From the human T2T-CHM13v2.0 reference genome, Homo sapiens: a stretch of DNA of 64,000 nucleotides. Location: assembly GCF_009914755.1 (NCBI RefSeq), contig NC_060935.1, one strand, 5' to 3'. Of this stretch, positions 12,705 through 24,701 are shown piece after piece. Within the stretch, counting starts at the first letter, position 1. Every line of letters starts with the position of its first letter. The translations under genes were made by a program, and so were the position numbers. A model generated the notes under the pieces. That model was not told the DNA's origin and ran no database searches. It was given only the letters and a program-made list of their open reading frames with translations.

Positions 12705-12970
12705 CACACCAGAAGTGGTAAAACATAATGATTATAAGCAAAGGCATTGGAATCAGATTTCTTGGGGATTTTCAGTTCAACTACTCATCAACTACACAAC
12801 CTTAAACACCTTATTTAACCATTATATGCCTCAGTTTGGTAATTTTTAAATTGAGAATAATAAAATGCCTATTTAGCAATTATAGCAGGCATCTACTTGA
12901 ATATTAGACAAGATAATTTGAGTAGAACACTTGGATCATAGTAAACCTTCAATAAAGATATTAGCTATTG
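12705..12970 (+). mobile_element. MIR
   Basis: CTTATTTAACC...GCCTCAGTTT...AATAATAAAATGCCTA core; ends CAATAAAGATATTAGCTATT. Confidence 0.75.
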
Positions 12971-14209
12971 CTATATATGTGGTTATGTAACATGTATGTA
13001 TACATGCATACACATGTGAATGGAAACATAATTATAAATGTGAAATTTTGCACAAGGATGTAATATTCATCCACCTATGACTATAAATCATTTAGTGTTT
13101 ACGCATAAATGCACATATTTTATGTCCTTATACACAAAATGATCACATTTACATATGTGTAAAAGACATCTATGAATATATGTATAATATACAAGCTTTC
13201 ATGCATTAAGAATATTCTGTAAATGTTCATAACTCCTACTATTATTTGCAAAAAATTTACCTTATATAATTATGTGTTGTACTCATATTGCATAAGGTGA
13301 ATGAATTGAAGCTATTGTGATTAACCTTGTAAAATACCTACACCTGTGGCATCAAATGAATCTTCATTTATTTATTTGTTTGATCGCATAATTATTTATA
13401 CACACTTATTTCTGTCTGTGTTGTAAATAACAAAGTCTAATACAAACTATAATTTTGATTACTTGTATTTTAAGAATTATTATAAAATTTTGCTCTGTTC
13501 TACAACTTTTTTCCTACTTAGTGAGTGATATTGGAGAGAAAATGATAATATATATATTTTTCATAACTAAGGGATATAAATTTTAATGAGAGAGATCTTA
13601 GTCCATAATTGCAATAAAAAGAAAGATTATTTTTTAACTAAGTAAGCATGTAAGCACTGTTCTGAAGTTTTAGGTTCAATTTGATGTTTATATACAAATA
13701 TAAAAGTACATATTTCGGATCATCTCTTGACTTTTCTAGATTCTAAATTCTTATGAAGACTTCTATGCAATAATAACTGGGATATTTAAAATATTAATAA
13801 AGCCATAATCAAAATAGCTATAATTTATATTTTATGGTAGAAAAAATTCAACTCACATTCATGAATTTTGAATTGATATTTTATTTTCTTATTTGGGAAA
13901 TTAAACCATTAACTTTTCTTTTAATTTTTTTGTTACTACTTTGAGGTTATAAAGCCTTTGAAATCTTTGTCTATCCCTGCACCGTTTTTTAAAGGAACAC
14001 ATGTAAATGGACTTCTTACTCATGTGAATGAACATTTTTAAAAATGAAATTTCATTTGAATGTTTAGAATTTAGAAATCCCATCAATCTCCTAAAATAAA
14101 AAGCTTTACACTTCTTGAACTACTCAAGTAACCTGCTATGTTAAAACTGCACTTACAATCCTGACTTTTCAAGGTATTTACGGGCCAGTACCCATAATAA
14201 CTCTTTTAA

Positions 14210-14855
14210 ATTCCAAGTCAGGTCATGATACTGTTCTTGTTAAAACTTCCAATGGCTTCCCATCTCACTGAGAATTTGATTGAAATTGATTAAATGTTTT
14301 AATACAAAAGATTTTTGCCTTGGCCTACTAGGCCCTCTTAGACCTGCCCACCTTTCTGGGGCCTCGCCTGATTCCATTCTTTTTATGGCTCCCTCTGCTT
14401 ATACTGGCCTCTCTTCTGTTTCTTGAATTTGCTTGGAATTCTCTGCCTTAGGACCTTTGCTTTTAATATTCTATCTTTCTTAAAACTTCTTACTCTGAAT
14501 GTTTATTTATCTCACTCTTTCTACTCTGTACTCAGGTAACACTTTATATTTTGTGAGAATAGCTCTATGCAAAAGAGCACCACTAACTCCCGCACCCCAC
14601 TGTCACCATTTGTTATATACTTAACTTATACACTTAACTTGCTTTATTTGTCTTTATAGTAATACCTACCTGACATTATATACATATGTATACACACACA
14701 GAGATACATATATATAGTTGTGTATTTATTTACAAAAACTCTCATCTCTAAAATGTATTGTGCTCCATAAGAGCAGGAGCTTTGTTTTGTTCATTGCCAT
14801 GTCCACAGAGGTCTGACACAAATTAGTTGTTCAACAAATATTGGTTGAATAATTT
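14210..14855 (+). mobile_element. L2a 3' portion
   Basis: CTTCCAATGGCTTCCCATCTCACT...GCTCCATAAGAGCAGGAGCTTTGTTTTGTTCATTG...CAACAAATATTGGTTGAAT. Confidence 0.8.
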
Positions 14856-15764
14856 AACTAACAACTCACTTTCTCACTAGCTTCAATACTTCTCTGTCAT
14901 GACAGTGAGGTAGGCATCACTCTGAAACTAGAATAGCAAGGCCTTAGGCTCGGGCCATGGCGCTGCCACTTTCAGAGGTATTAGCGTTGTGACCTTCAGC
15001 AAGCCACTCGGAAAATATCTAGCATTTTAAGAATTCATGAGTGCTGGAGTTTTATTTGTCTCCTCCAAATCACCAGCAAGTACTCAAGAGAATCACTACT
15101 TAAAGGTGAACATAAAGTGATTCATACTGAATACAACATCAAAAAGAAAGGAGCCATAACATCCTAAAAAGAATGATATAAAGATTGAAACAAGCATATG
15201 TAGTTGTTACTTTTAAGTAATTGTACAGCTTAACAAGATTATGAACATGTTCAGTTCAAGAGTTTCAGTGATTTTCCCAAGATCATGTGAAAGTAGAGCC
15301 AGTACTCCTAATGAGGAAGCCAGTGTTGAGTTAGCAACATACCGAATCAGACTAACGTGAGATTAGAGTTACAAAAACAATATACATCCTTAGGACACAT
15401 CCTGAAGTTACCAAAGTGTATTTCTGGTGCTAGAGCTCAGGACTTTGCATTTATATAATACTCTTTATCCAAACCTAAGTATTCTAAAATTTAAGAGCTG
15501 CTGCCCTGTGCTACTTCTGTAAGTATTACCCTCTTAGGTTGGACAATGTACTGATTCTCTCTTTATATGAACTCTCTCTAGTTATCCGAATGTGCTATGA
15601 AGAAGCCAGAAGCAAGGTACTTAGAGCTACCTATTAAAGAAGTTATATCACTTGCAAAACTGGCAGTTTTTCAGCCAGTGTTATAGTACAGTTGCTTTTC
15701 TCACCACTCGTGGGCTAACTTTTAAATATCTTGCCAGGTTGTCATCAGATTTTCAGATTGACAA

Positions 15765-16406
15765 CCATACATGAGAATTAGCACAGCAGTTAACCTTAGG
15801 CCTGCTTTAAAGGCTGGCCATTGATTGGCATCTGGAAACTTAAATTTCAGGAGAATTCCCACAGTGTCCTTACAGATCAGAGTGGCTCAGTCTGCCTAAA
15901 AAGTTTATGCAAAACAATATGGCTTTTGCTGAATATCTGCTTTCCTTTTAGGAGTCTGGAATTTTGCTACCTGCTAAGCAGAGGGTTATTTGTAAGGGAT
16001 CCCGAATATAAATCCTGAGCACTGAGTCTCCAATGAGCTTCATTGGTAGACAAGACAACTCAAAAATAAAATATTTGGGAATACACATAAACAAGGAGAT
16101 GAAAGACTGTTAGAAGAAAAACTACAAAACACTGCTGAAAGAAATTATAGAAGACACAAAATCTTGTGTTTTCATAACTCATTGCTGGAGGAATTAAGTG
16201 AGTAGTGCATCCTGTGTGACGACACTGAAGGAGGACTCTTACGGCTCTTGTAAGATTATGCTTGGTTGCCTTGCACTTTTTCTTTCCCTGATATTGCTTT
16301 GTATTCTTTCACTATAATAAATCAACCACAAATAAGACTATATGCTGAATCCTGTAGGGCCCCTAGTAAATCATCAAATCTTGAGGTGATCTGGGGATCC
16401 CCAGCA
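15765..16406 (+). mobile_element. ERVL LTR (MER68-like) containing an internal L1 fragment
   Basis: AGGCCTGCTTTAAAGGCTGGCCATTGATTGGCATCTGGAAACTT...TGAGTCTCCAATGAGCTT...GGTGATCTGGGGATCCCCAGCA. Confidence 0.7.
16054..16160 (+). mobile_element. Internal L1 ORF2 fragment without poly(A)
   Basis: AAAATAAAATATTTGGGAATACAC...GAAAGAC...AACTACAAAACACTGCTGAAAGAAATTATAGAAGACACAAA (KIKYLGI...NYKTLLKEIIEDT). Confidence 0.85.
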
Positions 16407-16459
16407 TGGTAACTTAATGGCTTATTTCTTCTTTCATTCTGAGCATAAAAGCTGCCCAA

Positions 16460-17750
16460 GTGGTGCTGGGATAATTGGCAAGCCACATGTAGAAGAATGA
16501 AACTGTATCCTCATCTGTCACTTTATTCAAAAATCAACTCAAGATGGATCAAAGACTTAAATCGAAGAGCTGAAATAATAAAAATTCTAGATGATAACAT
16601 CAGAAAAATCCTTTTAGATATTGGCTTAGGCAAAGACTTCACGACCAAGAAACCAAAAGCAAATGCAACAAAAAACAAAGAGAAATAGATGAAACTTAAC
16701 TAAACTAAAAAGCTTTTGCACAGCAAAAGAAATAATCAGCAGAGTAAACAGACAACCCACAGAGTGGGAGAAAATCTTTGCAAACTATGTATCCAACAAA
16801 GGACTAATCCAGAATCTACAAAGAACTCAAAGAAGTCAACAAGAAAAAAACAAATAATTCCATCAAAAAGTGGGCTAAGGACATGAATAGACAATTCTCA
16901 AAATAAGATATACAAATGAACAAAAAAAAATACAAAAAATTATCAATATGACTAATTATCAGAGAAATGCAAATCAAAACCATAATGTGATACCACCGTA
17001 CTCCTGCAAAAAAATGTCCATAATTTAAAAATCCTAAAATAGTAGATGTTGGCATGGATGTGATGAAAGGGAACACTTTTACACTGCTGGTGAGGATGTA
17101 AACTCATACAGCCACTATGGAAAACAGTATGGCGATTCCTTAAAGAACTAAAAATAAATCTACCATTTGATCCAGCAGTCTTACTACTGGGTATTTACCC
17201 AGAGGAAAATAAGTCAGTATATGAAAAAGATATTTACACACATGTTTATAGCAGCACAATTCACAATTGCAAAAATATGTGTCAGCCCAAATGCCCATCA
17301 ATCAACGAGTGGATAAAGAAAATATGGTATATGAATATACCACAGAATACCACTCAACCATAAAAAGAAATGAAATAATGTCATTTACAGCAACCTGGAT
17401 GGAGTTGGAGACCATTATTCTAAATAAATTAGTTATAAACTTTAAAAAATTAAAATTAAAAAAAATTAATTAATTAACTCAGGAATGAAAACCAAATTGA
17501 ACAAGCATTTTATCTTCTCACTTACAAGTGGGAGCTAAGCTATGAGGATGCAAAGGTATAAGAATTATACAATGGACTTTGTGTACTCAGGAGGAAGGGT
17601 GAAGTGGGGGTGAAGGATAAAAGAGTACACATTGAGTATAGTGTACAAGGATCGTGTGATGGGTGCACCAAAATCTCAGAAATCATTACTAAATAACTTA
17701 TCCTTATTTCCAAATACAACTTGCTTCCCAAAAACCTACTGAAATTAAAA
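16460..17750 (+). mobile_element. 5'-truncated L1PB (L1PB1-like)
   Basis: ORF2 C-terminal fragments (ORFs 16497, 17267) and L1PB-type 3'UTR GCTATGAGGATGCAAAGG...CCCAAAAACCTACTGAAATTAAAA. Confidence 0.9.
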
Positions 17751-18139
17751 GATGGTAATTCGTAGTGTACTAGCTAATGCAGAAGATAGCAGAAAAACTG
17801 AACTCAGACCATTTATTAACTAAATCACAGTGTTGGCCTCAGGCCCTTCTGCATCTACAAGGAAGATAAGAAAGTACAGCTAGGTTGGAATTCAGTAGAA
17901 AAGTTGCTATTTTGTGAATGTTAAGCTTAAGAAAATATTCTAAAAGTGACTTTAATTTCAACATCAAAAAGTACTCTTCTGAAGTAATATATTTCTGGAT
18001 TAAGATAATAACTGAAATATTTAATAGGGATATAATAACTGAAGAAAAATTAAAAATGAAAGCATGTAATTTATTTGCTTTTACGTGTTCTAATTCTGAA
18101 GTTTAAACTCATCACATGGCATTGTATCACTCTATTTGG

Positions 18140-18420
18140 CTCATGGGGCTCCAGTAACATTGGCCTTCTTGATCCTTGTTGATTGCTTCAAGATGCTTTT
18201 CCTTGGAGCCTTTGCGCTTGCAGTTCCTCCTACCAGAAGGTTTTTCTTTGATTTATTTATGTCTGTATACTCAGTTGTCGCCCCATCAGTGAGACTTTCC
18301 CTGACCCCTTAATTAAATCAAACCACTCCCTTGTACTTCTTAATCCCCATACCCTGTGTCATTTCATTCAAAATTTATCCATTCTGTATTTATTTTATTG
18401 ATGCAAGGATTATTGCAATG
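18140..18420 (+). mobile_element. L2 fragment
   Basis: GGCCTTCTTG...GAGCCTTTGCGCTTGCAGTTCCTCCTACCAGAA...TCAGTGAGACTTTCCCTGACC. Confidence 0.65.
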
Positions 18421-18719
18421 CTAGGTAAGAAAAATAAATAATGGATTTTAAAATATACATATAGAATTAAATTTTTAGCTTACACAATTTTTGTAAAACT
18501 ATTTTCTAAATCAAATTTGTATTGCATTTTATTTGCTTTAGTGGTGTATTGAGTGCCAGACATATAAAATCTGTAAGTAATTTTGTAAGTCAAATTGTCT
18601 CCTTCTTATTGTAAGTTCTACAGGAAGCCAAATGACTATAATAAATGTGTATAAGTCTAGGGAATTCTAACAAGAAAAAACCTCAAAACAACTACAATCG
18701 GTATTCCATCATCACTGAC

Positions 18720-18960
18720 AGCTACATTTTGTTGATTCTTCATTACAAGCTCTAACCACTGTGGTAAGTCTTTAAGATATATTACTTTATGTAATTTTTC
18801 TAGGAATTTTATTTCTAATTTATATTTAGAGAATCTAAGGTTTGTGGCAGCATAAAACCTGGTCAAACTCAATGTCACACAGCAGTAAGTAATAGAAATG
18901 GGACAAAATCTCCAATTTCTGCTGAGTTCCATGACTGACATATTATCCACTCTTGCTATT
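18720..18960 (-). mobile_element. MIR
   Basis: Antisense MIR core (GAGAATCTAAGGTTTG...CAATGTCACACAGCAGTAAGTAATAGA). Confidence 0.6.
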
Positions 18961-20229
18961 TTGCTTCTCTACTCATTATCACATGACAGTCTGCACACCC
19001 ATTATGTGATTTACAATTGACTTAACTGTTGACGGGATAAATCTGGATGTTTGTTTCCTAACCAAGACCTATTTCTTATAATGAGATACTATTTCTAGAA
19101 ACTCTGCCAACTCAGAAGAGATGATACTCATCTGCATGAAACCCCTGCAAGTCACAGTGTGTAACTAAAGTTTGTGGTGCAAGCTATATTTTGTTCTTTG
19201 GATGTAATAAACTTATTTTCATTTTGCTTCCTTTGATGGGGCAATCAACCCGTAATTACTGTTTCCTGTTTACCGGAGATCTGACAATGTCTTCCTTATC
19301 TGCTTGTTTCTCTAAAAAGATTAAGTAGTACAAACACAAAGGGCATTTGGCTGACCTTGCCCTATGATTAATTTCATAACAAAGGAGAATCAAATATTTA
19401 ATTTGTTAATGTTTGACACTTGTTTCACCTTCTAGTTGTAATCAAACTAAAAAGGGGCTTTGTTATATTTTATTTCCCTTTTGAGATTCATTTTACAAGT
19501 CATGCTTGAAATGTAATTTCTTCTGTGTTGTATTATAGCAGAATCCTTCTTGGAGGAAGTTCAAATTTGAGGGTGAGTAGAGACTGAGATGTTAGCAAAC
19601 TGATATCTTTTCTTTGTAGATACTCAACACTGGCATTTGGAATGTGAAAGAATTGGTTCTGTTAATAAGGGAGTTGGTATTTTCTAGTCTGTTCTACATA
19701 TATCTATACTTGGCTGCTGTTACTACCCTGATTGTTCCTCCTAAATGAATAGGAATATTATAACCTAAAACATATGTCACTTCTATGCCACGTTTTTCCA
19801 CAAAATCATATTTGACAACTTGTCTAAGCATTCCTTGATTGTCTGCCCTTGCCTAAGCTTGGAAAATAAATATTTAAAATTAAATTGCTGAATAAAAATC
19901 TCAAGTGTTATGGAAGAGACAATTGAACAATTACCCTCCAGTTGCAATCTTGGATTACTTTCTATTTCACACTAATAAGGGATTTCATACTCATCCTTGG
20001 CCTCATACACTTCTTTCCCCATTATTTGCCATCATTAAGCTTCATCAAGATAATCTTTGCAATATTTCTTAATTCTGTCCTCAAATGTATGTTTCTGCTG
20101 TCACTATAGGTTTTCTTTTTGTTGTTGTTGTTTGTTTGTTTTTTTTATCAGTCTTCTGCATTATTGGGCTAACTTAAATCTAACTCCTCAACCTTGTACT
20201 TGGCAAGGTCTCCTTTGGATCGCTAAACA

Positions 20230-20641
20230 TTCACTCGCGTCCGTGTGAAGAGACCACCAAATAGGCTTTGTGTGAGCAATAAAACTGTTTATTTCACGTG
20301 GGTGCAGGCGGGCTGAGTCCGAAAAGAGAGTCAGCAAAGGGAGATAAGGGTGGGGCCGTTTTATAGGATTTGGTAGATAAAGGAAAATTACAGTCAAAGG
20401 GGGGTTGTTCTCTGGCAGGCAGGAGTGGGGGTCACAAGGTGCTCAGTAGGGGAGCTTTTGAGCCAGGATGAGCCAGGAGAAGGAATTTCACAAGATAATG
20501 TTATCAGTTAAGGCAGGAACAGGCCATTTTTCACTTCTTTTTGGTGGAATGTCAAAGGTTAAGGCAGGAACCGGCCATCTGGATGTGTACATGCAGGGCA
20601 CAGGGGATATGATGGCTTAGCTTGGGCTCAGAGGCCTGACA
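20230..20641 (-). mobile_element. HERV-H 3' LTR (LTR7)
   Basis: Minus strand TGTCAGGCCTCTGAGCCCAAGCTAAGCC...CTTCACACGGACGCGAGTGAA; TATAAAA at ~20359-20365, AATAAA at 20288-20293; PPT AAGAAGACAGGAA adjacent. Confidence 0.96.
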
Positions 20642-21460
20642 TTCCTGTCTTCTTATATTAATAAGAAAAATAAAACGAAATAGTGGTAAAGTGTTGGGAC
20701 GGCGAAAATTTCGGGGGGTGGTATGGAGAGATAATGGGCGATGTTTCTCAGGGCTGCTTCGAGTGGGATTAGGGGCGGCGTGGGAACTTAGAGTGGGAGA
20801 GATTAAGCTGAAGGAAGATTTTGTGGTAAGGGGTGATATTGTGGGGTTGATAGAAGAAACATTTGTCATGTAGAATTATTGGTGATGTCCTGGATATGGT
20901 TTTGTATGAATTGAAAAACTAAACGGAATAAGGAGAAAAACAGGTATTAAAGGTCTAAGAATTGGGAGGACCCAGGATATCTAATTAGAGAGTGCCTAAG
21001 GAGATTCAGCATAGTCCTGCCAGCAAAGATTATTTATTTAAGAGTTAAGAGTGGCAGTTTGGGGTTAGCACCAGGAGATATCAGCTGTGATGGCTTGGAG
21101 AAACAGTGTAAACTGGAAGTGTAAACAAGAGCAGGGCATGTATGAGTAGTTGACAATGGTGAATAGGAGTGTGACTAGACAAAAGATAGGGATGACAAGT
21201 TTTTTGGGACACAGTCCAAGTTGGTCTGGTGTCTGGAATGAGACTGGGCCTAATAAAAAGGAGCGTCCATACAGGAGCTTAAATGGGCTGTACCCTGTAG
21301 CATTCTGAGGACAGGCCGGAATTCTGAGAAGGGAAAGTGGTAAAAGTATTGTCTAGTCCTTTTTAGGTTGGTGGCTGAGCTTGGTGAGGTGTGTTTTTAA
21401 AAGATCTTTAGTCCATTCTACCTTTCCTGAAGACTGAGGACTGTAAGGGATATAAAGATT

Positions 21461-22441
21461 TCACTGAATACCAAGAGCCTGAAAAAATGCTTGGCTGATT
21501 TGACTAATAAAGGCTGGTTCGTTATCAGACTGTATAGGGGTGGGAAGGCCAAACCGAGGAATTATGTCTGACAGAAGGGAAGAAATGACGGCGATGGCCT
21601 TCTCAGACCCTGTAGGAAAGGCCTCTACCCATCCAGTGAAAGTGTCTACCCAGACTAAGAAATATTTTGGTTTTCTGACTCGGGGCATGTGAGTAAAGTC
21701 AATTTGCCACTCCTGGGCAGGGACAAATCCCCCAGCTTGATGTATAGGAAAGGGAGGAGGCCTGAATAATCCCTGAGGGGTAGCAGAATAGCAGATGGAA
21801 CACTGAGAAGTGATTTTCTTGAGGATAGATTTCCATGATGGAAAGGAAATGAGAGGTTCTAAGAGGCGGGCTAGCGGCTTGTAACCTGCATGGAAGAGGT
21901 TATGAAATGACAACAGAATAGAATGGGCCTGTGAGGCTGGAAGGAGATATTTTCCTTGGTCTAAGAACCATTTGCCTTGTGTGGGAAGAGATTGATAGGT
22001 GGAAGTTTCAGCGGGGGAGTAGGTGGGAGTGACCGATGTGAAGGAGAAAAACTGGCCTTGAGGGACACAAGTTGGAATGCTAGCTGCTTGTCTAGCAACC
22101 TTATCAGCATAAGCATTGCCTAGAGCAATGGGATCTGACGCCTTTTGATGCTCCTTACAGTGAATGACCCCAGCTTCCTCTGGAAGTAAAGCGGCCTTGA
22201 GTAGAGTTTTTATTAAAGAGGCATTAATGATGGAGGACACTTGTGTAGTGAGGAAACCTCTTTCAGCCCATATGACTGCATGGTGGTGCAGAATATGGAA
22301 GGCATATTTAGAGTCAGTATAAATATTGACGTGTAGTCCTTTTGCAAGAGTGAGGGCCTGAGTTAAGGCAACTAGTTCGGCTTGCTGAGAGGTAGTGGAG
22401 GGGGGCAGAGCGGTAGCCTCAATAACAGATGTGGAAGACAC
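21461..22441 (-). pseudogene. pol: HERV-H pol fragment: RNase H plus N-terminal/core integrase (326 aa open)
   Basis: AELVALTQAL, VNIYTDSKYAF, GNAYADKVA (RNase H); HNLFH...CSIC (IN zinc finger), WQIDFTHMP, IQSDNEPAF. Confidence 0.92.
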
Positions 22442-22468
22442 TATTGCATAGCCTGCCTTTGCTGGTGA

Positions 22469-23770
22469 TCAGCGATTAGGCCTGGTGGAACTGCCGTCAA
22501 TAAACCAAGTGTGATCAGGGGGAGGAACAAGAAAGAAGGAAATATGGGGAAATGAGGTGAATGTCAGGTGGATCAGAGAGATGCAGTCATGGGGGTCAGG
22601 TGTGGTATCAGGAATAATGTGGGAGGCCGGATTGAAGTTCAGGCCAGGAACAATGGTAATTGTGGGAGACTCAACAAAGAGTGAGTACAGCTGAAGGAGC
22701 CGGGGAGCAGACAGTATATGTGTCAGGTGTGAGGAAGAAAATAGATTTTGGAAGTTATGAGAACTGGAGAGAGTGAGTTGAGCATAATTTGTGATTTTAA
22801 GGGCCTCTAAAAGTATTAGGGTGGTGACAGCCGCCACACGCAGACTTGAGGGCTAGGCAAAACAGTAAGGTCAAGTTGTTTGGATAGAAAGGTTACAGGG
22901 CGCGGTCCCGGTTCTTGTGTAAGAATTCCGACTGCACAGCCCTGCACTTCAGCTGTGGGTAATGAAAAGGGTTGGGATGAGTTAGGGAGAGCTAGGTTGG
23001 GGGCAGTCTCTAAAGCTGTCTTCAAGGAACAGAAAGAGGAATGGGGAAAGGATTTAGGATCTATGGGGTCAGCTAGGTTTCCTTTTGTGAGTTTATATAA
23101 TGGTTTTGTTAGGATGGCAAAACCAGGTATCTGAAGTCAAAAGTATCCAACCATGCCTAGGAAGGAAAGGAGTTGTTGTTTTATAGGTGTTGGGGTTTGA
23201 GAGATCAGCTGAACAGGATTGGCAGGGACAGCACGTGTGTTTTTATGAGAATTACGCTGAGATAGGTAACAGATGAGGAAGAAATTTGGGCTTGATTGAA
23301 GTAATGGGGGCTGTCTGTGAAGTCTTGCGGCAGTACAGCCCAGGTAATTTGCTGAGCCTGATGGGTGTCAGGGTCAGTCCAAGTGAAAGCGAAGAGAGGC
23401 TGGGATGAAGGGTGCAAAGGAATAGTAAAGAAAGCATGTTTGAGATCCAGAACAGAATAATGGGTTGTGGAGGGAGGTATGGAGGATAGGAGAGTATATG
23501 GGTTTGGCACCACGGGGTGGATAGGCAGAACAATTTGGTTGATAAGGCGCAGATCCTGAACTAACCTGTAAGGCTTGTCGGTTCTAGGACAGGTAAAATG
23601 AGGGAATTGTAAGGAGAGTTTATAGGCTTTAAAATGCCATGCTGTAGCAGGCAAGTGATAACAGGCTTTAATAATTCTAAAGCATGCTGTGGGATGGGAT
23701 ATTGGCGTTGAGTGGGGTAAGGGTGATTAGTTTTTAATGAGATGGTAAGGGGTGCATGATTGGTCACCAA
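22469..23770 (-). pseudogene. pol: HERV-H pol fragments: RT and tether, frameshifted
   Basis: QYPIP, SPYNS, YRLVQDLR, VLDLKHAFF, LPQDFTDSP; no YxDD visible; TWFIDGSS. Confidence 0.9.
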
Positions 23771-23788
23771 GGAGGGAGTAGAGGTATC

Positions 23789-24148
23789 CTATACTTGTGG
23801 GTTAAGGTGGGGGGATACAAGAGGAGGACGCAAAGGAGGCTTTGGATTGGGAAGAAGGGTGTCAATGAGATGTAGCTGTAGTCCAGGAATAGTCAGGGAA
23901 GCAGATAATTTAGTTAAAGTGTCTCGGCCTAATAAGGGAACTGAGCAGGTGGGGATAACTAAAAAGGAGTGCTTAAAATAGTATTGTCTAAGTTGGCACC
24001 AGAGTTGGGGAGTTTTAAGAGGTTTAGAAGCCTGGCCGTCAATACCCACAACAGTTATGGAGGCAAGAGAAACAGGCCCTTGAAAAGAAGGTAATGTGGA
24101 GTGGGTAGCCTCCGTATTGATTAAGAAGGGGACGGACTTACCCTCCAC
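23789..24148 (-). pseudogene. pro: HERV-H protease remnant
   Basis: FLINTEATHSTL (degenerate D-T-G active site), VVGIDG, PLLGRDTL. Confidence 0.88.
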
Positions 24149-24701
24149 TGTGAGAGTTACCTAAAGCTCGGTGTCCGTGATGGTCTACAGGGCTTCCAAG
24201 GTGATTGGGCAGCCTCAGTCTTCAGCTGCTAGGCTGAGAAGATCTGGGAAGGAGTCAGAGAGCCTTGGGCCAGAGTTCCACGGGCTCTGGGAGTGGCTGC
24301 CAGGTGAGTTGAACAGTCCGATTTCCAGTGGGGTCCCGCACAGATGGGACGTGGCTTAGGAGGAATCCTGGGCTGCGGGCATTCCTTGGCCTGGTGGCCA
24401 GATTTCTGGCACTTGTAGCAAGCTCCTGGGGGAGGCAGGCCTGGAGGAACGCCTGGTCACTGCGGTTTAGGCGTTTGGAAGTTCTTGTGTGCTGGAGATG
24501 TGGCTGGGGTTTGTCTCACAGTGGAGGCAAGGAATTGCAACTCAGAAATATGTTGCTATTTGGCTGCCTCTACTCTATTATTGTACACCTTGAAGGTGAG
24601 GTTAATTAAGTCCTTTTGTGGGGTTTTAGGGCCGGAACTTAATTTTTGGAGTTTTATTTAATGTCGGGAGCAGATTGGGTAATAAAATGTATATTGAGAA
24701 T

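Larger units (their letters stand above)
20642..24701 (-). mobile_element. HERV-H internal region, common deleted form (3' gag-pro-pol, env largely absent); 5' LTR, PBS and leader missing
   Basis: Pro, RT, RNase H and IN ORF fragments; the sequence ends abruptly in gag at ...ATATTGAGAAT. Confidence 0.95.

Noticed and set aside
20230-24701. Functional retrovirus or novel RT system
   Set aside because: Ordinary deleted HERV-H: no 5' LTR or PBS, degenerate protease active site, no YxDD, no env ORF.
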